A DNA stretch of 20,000 bases from Sphaeroforma arctica JP610. Its lineage: Eukaryota. Position numbers and translations under genes: made by a program. The DNA is taken from positions 78,995-98,994 of the forward strand of contig NW_014040431.1 in the NCBI RefSeq assembly GCF_001186125.1, in the 5' to 3' direction. Positions 1 through 15,100 of this stretch are shown piece after piece; positions within the stretch are counted from its first letter, which is position 1, and each line of letters begins with the position of its first letter. Under the pieces are notes generated by a model. The model did no database searches. It was not told the DNA's origin and was given only the letters and a program-made list of their open reading frames with translations.

Positions 1-42
1 TATGTTTTCAGTTATACGGCGTGGAACTAACTGATGATTTAC

Positions 43-85
43 CTTCGAGACCCATGCAGGCGTCTGCGGCGGGTAGAATATCCAT
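43..85 (-). CDS. Possible first coding exon (MDILPAADACMGLE-) of a gene running off the left edge
   Basis: Minus-strand ATG at 85 in A-rich context (cccaaaATGG), 14 codons plus 1 nt, then a GAAG|GTAAAT donor at 42. No recognisable homology. Confidence 0.25.
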
Positions 86-340
86 TTTGGGCTTTGAGTT
101 GAGAGATAAAGTACAGTGTTGATCTGTTAATATGAAGCCCTGCGCAAAGTTGACTAATTGTTGCATACTCCAGGTGCACCTCGTATCGATATATTTTCTA
201 CAGTATCGCTTTAGGAGTTTGAGTGCTGTTTCAAAGAACAATGTACGCTTTTTACAAGAATTAGCTCGTTGCTAAATGAATATATAGGTGGCTGCTTCTA
301 TCTGAACACCTAACGCCCTGAAGCATTAGCGGAAGCTTGA

Positions 341-647
341 ATCGTATATATATATATATATATGTATACACACACACACCTATATATATATATACACACA
401 CATATATATATATACATACATATATGTATACACATATATGGTATATACATACATATATATATATATATATATAGTTAGTTNNNNNNNNNNNNNNNNNNNN
501 NNNNNNNNNNNNNNNNNNNATTAGTACGGAAGGACGTTGTAATACGTATATATATATATATATATGTATACACACACACACCTACTATATATATATACAC
601 ACACATATATATATATACATACATATATGTATACACATATATGGTAT

Positions 648-678
<31 letters not shown>

Positions 679-803
679 GTTTGCATTAAATACTATGTAT
701 AAAAAACAGGTTATATATATATAATATGATATATATAATACAATTTTATATATAATATACAATCTTATATAGATTATATATGTATATATATATATATACA
801 TAC

Positions 804-840
<37 letters not shown>

Positions 841-990
841 GTAATACATATACATAGATATAGATATAGATATATATTTACATACATACATATACATACA
901 AACAAATACATACTATTACTATCAAATTTACAACGGCCGCCTCTATTGTTCATGTGTTATATATATAAAGATATATATATATATATAAAG

Positions 991-1021
<31 letters not shown>

Positions 1022-1157
1022 CATATATATATATATATATATAAAGATATATATATATATATATATATACATATATATATCTTAATATATATATATATAA
1101 ATATACATGTACGCACACACACACACAACATACACACACATACACACACACACACAC

Positions 1158-1192
<35 letters not shown>

Positions 1193-1193
1193 A

Positions 1194-1236
<43 letters not shown>

Positions 1237-1352
1237 TATATCTTAATATATATATATATAAATATACATGTACGCACACACACACACAACATACACACAC
1301 ATACACACACACACACACACATATATATATACATATAAATATTTATATATAG
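341..1352. repeat. (AT)n/(CA)n/(ATAC)n microsatellite complex with N gap at 481-519 and internal duplications
   Basis: Seen directly. Block ~343-478 recurs at ~545-680, and block ~1081-1175 recurs at ~1242-1335. Confidence 0.95.
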
Positions 1353-1473
1353 TCAAATCCAAAACAGCATTCTTTATTGATCATCAAGATTTGTGTCGAA
1401 TATCCTATCTTTAAAGTTCTGCACCTATAAGCCCACAACTCTTAAATACGTTCAATTCTTTCTGCACTTTAAC

Positions 1474-1981
1474 TTATTCCTCGTTGTCTTCGGAAATGGT
1501 ATTGGACCAAACATGAATTTTCCAGCTTCTTCCCTCAATGCATGGGCATGGTACACTCTCACACATGTCTATAAAATTAGAGCACTCCTCACTTTCGTCA
1601 GGTTGTGGAATTGTGCCCTCAGATTGGGGGACGTTTTCGGTGGGTGAGCAGCAGCACTTTTGTATGTACCGTAAATTTAATTTAGGAGTATACAAAACAT
1701 AGTATTTCATAGCCTTATTTGATTTAGAAGGCTATGGATTTTAAAATAACATATTGCAATATATTGTCGGGTCCTTGCCGAATAATCGATTTAGCATCGT
1801 TCAATTACACTGTACGAGAGGGTGCACATGAGGGAGGCAAAAATCCTGTGTTGCTCATTCGTTCAATACAAAGTCATACCTTCAAGAGTGCAGCCTCCTC
1901 GGCTGATTGTTCTTCAGCTACAGGTACGCCCATAACATACACGGCTGCGATGAGAAGTAGATAAGAGAAATTTAGCTTCAT
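1474..1981 (-). CDS. Candidate 2-exon small secreted acidic Cys-rich protein (exon 1 1981-1880; exon 2 1731-1474 or 1656-1474; 119 or 94 aa)
   Basis: aaaaccATG at 1981 gives MKLNFSYLLLIAAVYVMG-VPVAEEQSAEEAALLK (signal-peptide-like), then an AAG|GTATGA donor. Acceptors ccaTAG (exon starts 1731) and aaAAG (exon starts 1656) both join in phase 0 to ...CCCSPTENVPQSEGTIPQPDESEECSNFIDMCESVPCPCIEGRSWKIHVWSNTISEDNEE*. AATAAA lies at 1378-1373 on the minus strand. Confidence 0.5.
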
Positions 1982-2410
1982 GGTTTTATACACGTTCCTA
2001 TGTTGAGGCTACAGTCAAGCTTTTTAACAATAAAAACGAATACTAAAGGTTGGCGTAGGTCATATCCTCTATATTTAATCTCTTCAGAGTCAGAGAAATG
2101 TACAGGTGGTGCAGTGCAGGTTGCAGGCTATGCTAATGCAGCGGATCTGCAACAATTTACAAATATGCATAATAAAGAGGTCTGTAAACCGTAGTCTGCG
2201 GCATAGTGCAATGTGCCCAGTGCAAACTGAATTCCTGAGAAAACTTTCTAAAAATGTGTCACCTTCGAACCCAACAACCCTAAAAGTTGTGAAACCTCAC
2301 AAATTTTCAAGGCCTTAAATCTCAGCATCTCAGCCTTGGGAATAGCTTGTGTGTGTCTCGCACGAAACAAGCAGAAAAGATTTATCAGAGGGAGAGAAGA
2401 CCAGCAAAGG

Positions 2411-2526
2411 GCAGAGGCCAGAGCGTAGAGCGCAGAGGGCAGGAAAAGTGGGCAGTCCAAACTCCAAACTTCAACCTCCCAGAATCCAGAGCCCAAACTC
2501 CAGACTCCAGACTCCGAGTCCAGAGT
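2411..2526. repeat. Degenerate 7-bp tandem repeats (GCAGAGG/GTAGAGC-type, then ACTCCAG-type)
   Basis: gcagaggccagagcgtagagcgcagagggcag at 2411-2442; actccaaact...actccagactccagactccgagtccagagt at 2461-2526. Confidence 0.7.
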
Positions 2527-2828
2527 GAGCAGTAGGCACTGGGTATGGCCCGAATGGGTAGAGGACAGGATGTCCAATTTGTCTGATATTTAAAATGTCA
2601 ACTTCATCACGGATTCCACAGAATTTATTTATTATTTGTGTATTTCTCAATACATATTTACGTTTACAAAGACTCTAGTCAGAGACTCTATAGAGTCAGT
2701 CACTCATACATATAGACCAGCCTCTCCTTCTCCATTGAGCCCTTTGATCTAAAATGTCCGACTCATAATTCTCTAGTCTCTACTAGCACTATAAATACGA
2801 CCCTTTCTTTAGCATAGTGACATCTAAA

Positions 2829-2852
2829 TCATGACTCATTCATGAGTCATGA
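2829..2852. promoter_or_regulatory. Perfect 11-bp inverted repeat containing two AP-1/Gcn4-type bZIP sites
   Basis: TCATGACTCAT-tc-ATGAGTCATGA, containing ATGACTCAT (2831-2839) and ATGAGTCAT (2842-2850). TATAAATA lies at 2790-2797. The element is ~475 bp upstream of the GGH ATG. Confidence 0.4.
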
Positions 2853-3326
2853 GAAGCGCTATCTCGTATCCCACCGTCTTTTAGCCGTCGTCAGGTGTCG
2901 CCGTCATGTCAGCTCCAAAACAGAATACGTTTGCAAATACAAAATATACGTTATCCGACAGCATCGGCATCTGAAAGGTACAGTGTAAATACAGTGTCGA
3001 ACTGGAAACGGTTTGACAACAAAAAACCGTTTGAACGTTCACATTCCTGTGGGTGCGATACCACGTTGTGTCAGCTGTCAAGAATGTGGGACATCTGGCA
3101 GAGTGTCAATAACTTCTGACTTCTCTTGTGAGCACAGGTATTTGTAAGTAGTTCAATTTAGTAGTTTTCAGTAGTTGTGTATTGAAATATATAAGCGCTG
3201 TGTGCTTACGTGTATACAATTACACCGCAACAGCTCACGGAAAGTATATTTCAGACGCTGTCGCTGATCACACACAAGTGTCGCACAAACAGTTTTCACA
3301 TAGTGATTCATAGTGAACCTTCTACG

Positions 3327-4364
3327 ATGTTGTACTCAATCATCACAGTGGCCGTGTGCCTTGTAAGCAGCGTCAATAGCGTTTCTTTGCAACAAGTAAA
3401 TACTAACCTCCCCGATGGTGTGGATCGGTTCAACGGCCCAGTCATAGGAGTATTAGCCGAACCCTACTGTATCTCCTTAGACCCCAAGAAAGCCGGGTTT
3501 AACCATGGTTGTGAACAATCACCCCAGTCTGGGGTAGATGTTTGGGCCTACAAATACCTCGAAGCAGCAGGTGCGAGGGTAATTGGCATTCCCTATAACA
3601 TACCTGAAGCAGAAGTACACCAATTGTTCGATCAAATGCACGGTGTATACTTCCCTGGAGGTGATGCCAGTCTCGAGTACGATTCGCAGTACTACAAGAC
3701 AGCTAATATTCTGTTCAAACGAGCAAAAGAAGCTAACGATGCTGGTATTCACTTCCCTATCCTGGGTATCTGCATGGGCTTCCAATTGCTTACCGTGTTG
3801 CAATCGCAAGACTACAGCGTGCTTGAACACGGAGTGTATGATTCACATGGAGTGCTATTCCAGCTCGAACGTACGGAGGAGACCCAGGACAGTCGTCTTT
3901 TGGGCCAAAACGCTCCCAAACTGGTCACCGACCACTTCTACAACACCCCGTCCACTGCGAACTTCCACTACGATGGCATCACCATGGAGAACTACGCTAA
4001 GAATGAACATTTGAACGAGTTCTATCGAGTTGTAAGCACAAATCACGATCTCAAGGGAAGGCCGTTTGTATCTACTGTAGAAGCTTACGACTACCCCTTC
4101 TACGGATTGCAATGGCACCCTGAAGGCGTGCAATTCAGTTGGTCTCCGCATTCCATGTTTGTTGACCGTACCATGGAGAGCATCATGTCTGTGCAGTACC
4201 TTGCTAACTTCTTTATAGGAGAAGCGCGCAAGTGCTCGCACCCGAATGTGGATAATAGCTTGACGCTCGACTCGTTGTATCTGTACAATCAGCAACCGGT
4301 GATAAAGGGCAACAGTTCGGCGGTGTACCTCTTTGTGCGCGACAATAGTGCTCTGGACGCCTGA
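3327..4364 (+). CDS. GGH: Gamma-glutamyl hydrolase (peptidase C26, class-I glutamine amidotransferase fold), 345 aa, single coding exon, signal peptide
   Basis: The first in-frame ATG is 3327 (the ORF track starts at a GTG). MLYSIITVAVCLVSSVNS is signal-peptide-like. GGH motifs: PVIGVL, KYLEAAGARV, FPGG, FPILGICMGFQ (nucleophile Cys codon 3771-3773), TANFH, YPFYGLQWHPE (catalytic His 4116-4118 and Glu), YLANFFIGEARK. Confidence 0.95.
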   Translation: MLYSIITVAVCLVSSVNSVSLQQVNTNLPDGVDRFNGPVIGVLAEPYCISLDPKKAGFNHGCEQSPQSGVDVWAYKYLEAAGARVIGIPYNIPEAEVHQLFDQMHGVYFPGGDASLEYDSQYYKTANILFKRAKEANDAGIHFPILGICMGFQLLTVLQSQDYSVLEHGVYDSHGVLFQLERTEETQDSRLLGQNAPKLVTDHFYNTPSTANFHYDGITMENYAKNEHLNEFYRVVSTNHDLKGRPFVSTVEAYDYPFYGLQWHPEGVQFSWSPHSMFVDRTMESIMSVQYLANFFIGEARKCSHPNVDNSLTLDSLYLYNQQPVIKGNSSAVYLFVRDNSALDA

Positions 4365-5131
4365 ATGATATCAAGGTCTGTTGCTTAGCAACGGTAGCGG
4401 ATAGTGGAGTGCGAGGGACCATGACTGGTATGCATATACTCATACTAGTATGTAATGTAAGGCACTTGTGTGCGGATAGAATTCGTATAGTATAGTAGAT
4501 TCACCTGATTGGAAGTCCTGGGCGTCTGACAACACCTAATCGTCTAACCGAGCTAATTGAGGTCTGATAATGTATCTCGATTGCTTGCGGTGCACTAGGG
4601 TACCCTCGACAGGGAATGTTTAGACGTAGACCCTGATAGAGACAACGCAATCTAAATAAACGATCTTGGACTCTATAACAAGCTGGGACAAATTTGTATT
4701 TGAATGCGAGTTCTTATGTGTACATTGGGTACGCTGGATATATGGCTGTTCACCCCAATATTGTTTGGGGTTGGAACAGACGTTCTTGACTGAAAGTGTG
4801 AAGTGTTGGTCTTCTGCGTGTGCATTTACCATCATGTAGATCAGTGATTTTATTAAGATTTAGGTACTTTGAATAGTAAGGTTCATATTTATATTTACAA
4901 CAGCATCTCTTTGTACACGTATACCAATGTGAACAAATATGAATCCATATATGAATTTAAGTACAGATACATATATGCAGACATGTGTGATTGAGATCAC
5001 CGAACCCTGCTCATAGTGCGTGCATCGTTGTACGTGTGACAAAATTGATTGCCATTATCTGCGTAAATTAAACAAGGATGCAAATACATGACACATAAAC
5101 CTTATTGAGTATAAAATTATTGCTTACACAT

Positions 5132-6107
<976 letters not shown>

Positions 6108-6728
6108 AATGATATAGAAAAGAGTATAGAAGTATGAGACTAATAATATATTCACATGGAATATAGAAGTATGAGAGGTCTACGTTAAACGTACAGCATG
6201 TTTGTCAAAAACTATGGGTCATTTGTTTGGCAATTGTATTCTCTGACTAAGGGATCATTATCAACCAAACTCATAACAGAACTTGCACTACAATTGAATT
6301 GGATTACTCTTCAATCGCATAATACTATACTATCAAACGACAGCAGATTTCGAGTACATAAACTGAATTTCACATCTGTGCTACATGGCTTTCGAGTTGT
6401 TCATAACAACCGCTATCTACATTGTTGTTGAATTTTTGATATAGACAGGGTTGTCTATAGTCTTTGTGCCTAAACTGTCGTTGTTTTCATTGTCCGAAAG
6501 TTTTTAGAGTGCACATCCAAACAGGATCAACTCTGGGACCACATCCTAGTAAGGTGGACCTAAAGTTTTGACTATCGACATAGTAAGGTTCAAGCGCCAT
6601 TTCCTGAGTAGTTTAGTGGTGATTTTATTGCTAATTCGTACCTACAAGGTACATGATCTATCCACCCTTGCATTCATAAATACATACATACAAGCATGGT
6701 ATATATATACTATGTACACATGTCCCTT

Positions 6729-9445
<2,717 letters not shown>

Positions 9446-11965
9446 AGTTATTTAGTATATATATGTGTCTATGAAGTGTATGGGGTATTATCTCGTGAAG
9501 CTGGTACAACTGATAGATAGCAAAACTGAGACTCAATTACAAAGAACCGTCGTGTATTAACAAAGTTGCTATACGTTGCTGCTATTCAATTCGGACATCT
9601 ACAGAGTATCTGGCGGTCCTATTTTAACTTTAGCAGGTTGGTTTTTTTTGCAGACTGTATTTTTATTTTCTACGCCTTCCACGAGATGGGAGAGTCGGAG
9701 AAGTCAAGAGTGTACCACAACTGGTAATAATAATCTATGAATCTGAATAGAGATAACCCGGCTACAGATTGTATCTGCTGTCTCCAAATCCAATCTCCAT
9801 CCCTGTTTATTACTTTATATCGAGAGGTATCTATCAAGGTGTCAGGAATAGTGTTTTTAGTGTGAATTGTGCAAGCAGCCAAGCAGATTACGTATTGATC
9901 AATTTAACTTTTACTTCAGGGTACCCTCGACAATCCTGGGCGCACATAGCCTCCATTCCCATATAATTTTTTTTTGGAAAAATCTCGTTGTTAAAAACGT
10001 ATCCGCACCCGAATACGCAATACGCAACGTCGAGATTGTGTCGATAAGCGGATGATTCCTATTGGCTCCACGCCTACTGTAAATATTTTCTCTTACACAA
10101 TACTATTTTTTTTCTTCAAAGGAGCAGGCCATAGCCTTTTGAAAATTAGACACAGAAGGCTATGTGAGCCGGCGGACTGCAATCTGCAGACCGACCCCGT
10201 CTGCAATTCTGCATCAGCCAGCACCCCCCAACTCATGGCTCTAACTCGAGGCTCGAGGGCCGAGGGCCACTCGGCCTCCGAGGCTCAAAGTCGAAAGTTG
10301 GGGTAAAGATAGACACAATAGTTCATATTTTTAATACTACAATTGTGGACTTGTGGCCAAAATCAAAAAGTGAGCTTATATATCAATATGTCTGTATGAA
10401 AACTTGAATATTATAAGAAAGGCGTGAGGCTAGATTGGAGCCTGAAGGACAGTGGGTGAGGTTATGATTTGTGTGAGTTGCGTGATGTGTGATTTTTAAG
10501 TTACGAATGCTGACGTTTGACAGAAATCTGCTGACTGGAGGAAACAGCGTCAGCCTTTAACAATGTATTTGTTATACAGACGCAAGGAATTGTATTGCCC
10601 TGCCAGAATCTCATTGCTCTCACAACCATAAATTACCATGCTTGAGAACATAGACCAAATGGTAAATTGGCGAAGATGCATTGAGAGATATACAACGATT
10701 AGGTACCATGAGATTGTAGTCGCGGCGGGTGCGCACTCTTTCAAAGCTGTATGTGAAGGAATACATCGCCAATCCTTTGTTGAAGCATATATCAGATGCA
10801 TTTGTTGCGTTTCCTCACCTTGCGCAAGTATAAAGTGCGCATCACAGCCAATCTGGGTATGTTTATTTTAAAAACCTGTATTCGTGTAACAAGTTGTGCG
10901 GTGAGGAGAAAGACGCCGATGACATATTCGGAGGCACCAAGATTTGCGCACCGATTTGGCATAAAACAGTATTGCATAGGATGTCCACACGATGCGCCAA
11001 TCATACAAGGAGCTACGTTTTACACTAAAGACTATCCAGTTTATCATATTATGGTATAGCTGACATGCACCTAAAATTATGTGTAGGCTTGTTGGTGTCT
11101 GGAGATCTAGCGGTCCATTCCACCAGAAAGGACATCCAAAATATATTGCACAATCTCATCCCAACATACTATAATAAATAAAACTCGAATTTTGAGTACG
11201 TATATGATGACAGACGCTTCACATCAACATTTAAAACCATTCCGTTGTATTTTCTGCTAACAGTTTTCCGTCTGAAACGTCAGGGTATTGCTAGTTGACG
11301 AATTGAGCGCAAATGATGACTATACTTCTTTCGAGTACCCCAATTTCATTTAGATTCATATTTGAAGCGCTTCGTGTTGATATCCTTTCATTGGTTTTAC
11401 ATGAAATACCCAAAAAGAGGGACTTTATAGCACAACGAGAATGTTGCATTCCCTATCAGAGATTGTAATCATAAAAGCCTATACCAGAAACCAAATACTA
11501 CTAATACACGACCACCAATTCAAAACGTTATTGCCGAGTAGACTCGCTGCCCAGCATTCTTGTTTACCTGTCTATGTCACAATCAAATCTAGAACAGACC
11601 AGCAAAGTAATGTAGGATACGTTTAAATACATCTTGTCAATAGCTAGTGAAAGGGGCACGCCTCCATTAGTGAAACGCATTTAGCGAACCAGTCTATCGC
11701 TTGCTGTGTGATAGTGTAGAATAATTGGCCCCACAATGTCTGTCATGGCCAGTGAGATCAACATGCGAGGTTCTTGTCGAGCATGTGGGACAGCTTACCG
11801 TAAGGGAGTGACGATGCAACATCTCGACCCAGAATGAAAGTTGTACATAGAATAAAAGTTATACATATAGTGAATGCAGTTTAAGGAACCAAGGCACATG
11901 TACCGATATTTGTACACCCTTTATTTTGAAAAACGCTCACTCCCTAACCAATTGCACGCATCAAG

Positions 11966-12152
11966 ATGGCTGTTCTATCCCAAGTTATATCTGGATTTAT
12001 TTCTAGTCTGTCAGTGCGGAGTGTTCTCCTGTCGGTCTTGATGGTATGCATGGCGTCGTATCTGTGCCGGCAACTCCGAGATTCTATCCGTGGTAAAAGC
12101 CGAGCCCTTATACAAGGACCACCAAAACGTCTAATTGTCGGCAATACTCTCG
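11966..12152 (+). CDS. P450 exon 1 (membrane anchor, Pro hinge)
   Basis: caagATGG start; phase-1 donor GTAGGT at 12153. Confidence 0.85.
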
Positions 12153-15100
12153 GTAGGTATATACTAGTCCTCGTTCATCTGCCCACTCATACTACGGGTG
12201 GTATAGAAATCGAAGTGAATACACGCACGAGTTTAGAACCGGTATATATTTCAATTTGCTTGTGTGTATCAGTTTGAATTTCTTGTGTCCGTCTATTCTG
12301 ATTCAAATTCTACCAGTGCGTTTTCTAACCTTCTATCGACACAACTCACAGAACTGCTGAGCAACCTGCATAGACTAAATGAGTACTTCGTGGATTTAAC
12401 CAAGCAATACGGTCGGACCTTCCCGCTTACCTTATTTGGAAGACCCACCACCCACGTCACATCCGACCCCGCTGTCATCGAGCACGGTATGGAACGCGTT
12501 TATCCTCTGTCTACTATATCCAAAGCGAGCTTTTGTATCGCTAGCCTGTGGGATCGTCTAGACTACCATGTCTCATTCATTCCGTACATCGCGATAGAAT
12601 AAACAAGAGCCATAGCTCGGTTTACCATGCTCACTGCATATGGCGGTATCACATAGGTACAGGATTGTCCAGACTCTCAAGTCCCAACCATGCGTCTAGT
12701 CTTGAAACATTGTTAGTATGGCCAGCGCTACCACTCTATCTACTGCGCTCATAGCTATAGTTCAAATACGGTGTAACTGGCTTATACGCTCATCCAGTAT
12801 ACACTATTGATCCGTCCTAGTGGATATACGGTTCCTGTCAGGGTGCTAGTTTCCACTGTACAGCCTATACCATGCCCACTGCGGACCCAGGGCTGCGATA
12901 GTTTGTACTGTAAATTCTAGTTCTAGCAGGCGAGTTTATCTACAGATACGGGTGCTTTGGGTTATATCCATGTGAACACATATCATTCTACAGACTCAGG
13001 TGTATTTTAAGGAAGTGGAAGTGAAAGTCGGGCGAGTTTGTCCATCCGCCTCATCGAACCCACATCTTTGCAGAGGTTTAATATCCTGATAAGTATGATG
13101 CATATAGTATCTCGTGAGATGTAGTCGAATCAAGTCACATAAGTATTGCCTTAACATCCACATCAACGTTCTATCATGCTAAACAGTGCTGAAGACCAAT
13201 TTCCTCGGTTATGGGAAGGGCCTGAGATTCCACAGCATATTCGAGTGCCTACTGGGTGATGGGTAAGATACTACTGTGAATGGATCGTTTCAACACGTTC
13301 TATAGATGTGTGTATTTGCGATACTTCCACTCTTGTAGCAGGCGATGTAAGGCTGTATGCGGCCCGGTGTGGAAGTATAGGCAGAATGTTCGTACACCAA
13401 GCAGCTGATGTCCCTGATGGATGTCTCGCACAAGTGTTCACATAAGACAACGCAAACAGAGCTGTCGATTTGAAACCGAGAAGGTTGGGCGTGTTGGTTG
13501 ATCTCGTAATGTGACTTTACGTACGAGTGTGTGTGGAGATGTACGATGTATTTGATTCGAATAATGAGACTATACGTAGGAGTGTGTGCGGAGATGTATG
13601 GTATATTTGATTCGAAAGTTCGAATCAGCTCAACAGACCCTAGCACAAGAATATCACTGTACATGGCGTTTAATATGAGAAAAAATCAGCAATGCTTCTC
13701 ACAAACTGTTATAGAATGCGTTCTTATACACGCTGATATATAGTGGCTTCTTAATTGTCTATGCTTGACTCTGTGGACACTACATATCTGCCGTCAGAGG
13801 GTCCTTTCCGGTTACTTCCAGTTGCACCCGATGCAATACACACGCACTCGATAGATATCATTTGTGGTGTGGTGTCAAGGGTTCGCATGCAAGCGACCAC
13901 AAATAGTACTTATGCATAGTAGCATTGACCAGTATTCAAACAGCCACACACAAGGCCTCGAGCATAATACCAAACTCAGACTGTCGTGCACCCTTGCCGC
14001 AGTGTGTGTACCAATAACTAGCTAGGTATGAGCGTATTGGTGTATGCACCAATATCCAGCTAGGTAAAAGCGTATGGGCGTATGCAAGAGATACTCAAGT
14101 ACACCCCTGAGCATCCACAACACCTGTTGATTGTATACGTACCTCCGCTATACGACACTCATATGTGTCACATATGTCATCACACAGAACTCATAGATGC
14201 GACTATGCCAATGGTACCATGTCACTACAAGTCAGAATGTGACCTGACACTAGTTTACAAAAGCATCGCTGGTTTCTCCTCACACTTTACAGCATATTCA
14301 ATGCCGATGGCGAAACATGGGTTCACCAGAGAAAGGTATGCATGTATAAGTGTAGTGTATATCATATGATGCATATTATATGTACAAGTATAGGAGTATA
14401 TCATATGATATATATCTTATTTCCTATGTGTAATAGTATATGATATGATACATACCATATGCACAAGCATAGGAGTATATCATATGATACATATGACATG
14501 TATAGGAATAGGAGTACAACATATGATAAATATCATATTTATAAGTATAGATACATACCATAATATAAATATAGGAGGATATAAGATAGTAGTATATTAT
14601 ATGATACACACCGTATTATAAATATAGGAGTATATATCATATGTGTAAGTATATGAGTATATCATATAAAACATATCGTGTGTATGGGTATAAGAGTGTA
14701 CTCGCATGGTACATATCATATGTATAGGTATAGGAGACATACAATTCCTACATATACATTCTAACTTACAATCTCATCTATATCAAAATCTATACATACA
14801 TTCAAACTTACAATCTCATCTATATCAAAATCCACACTTGCAATCCCCATATATACATTCCAACTTACAATCTTATCTATATCAAAATCCACACTTGCAA
14901 TCCCCATATATACATTCCAACTTACAATCTCATCTATATCAAAATCCATACACCTTTCAAACTTACAATCTCATATATATCAAAATCCACACATACATTC
15001 AAACTTACAATCTCATCTAACTTGCAATCCCCATATATGCATTCTAACTTACAATCTCATCGATATGAAAACCCTTATATACATTCTAACTTACAATTTC

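Noticed and set aside
261..1334. YIYI/CVCV ORFs in the ORF track (also 5105-6155, 8207-9237, 15204-15935, 19802-19999)
   Set aside because: These are translations of microsatellites and N gaps. Only 15576-15650 within them is a real exon.
3006..3032. 9-bp inverted repeat AAACGGTTT...AAACCGTTT resembling a terminator
   Set aside because: Eukaryotic context and too short to distinguish from chance.
3210..3326. N-terminal extension of GGH in the 384-aa ORF call
   Set aside because: It starts at GTG. The first ATG (3327) places the signal peptide at the N-terminus.
3519..4443. Alternative-frame and antisense ORFs overlapping GGH
   Set aside because: Shadow ORFs of a real CDS with no recognisable motifs.
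14706..15020. Repeat protein (IHSNLQSHLYQNPHLQSPY)n
   Set aside because: Minisatellite inside P450 intron 4. Exons 4 and 5 join directly as QRK|IASH.
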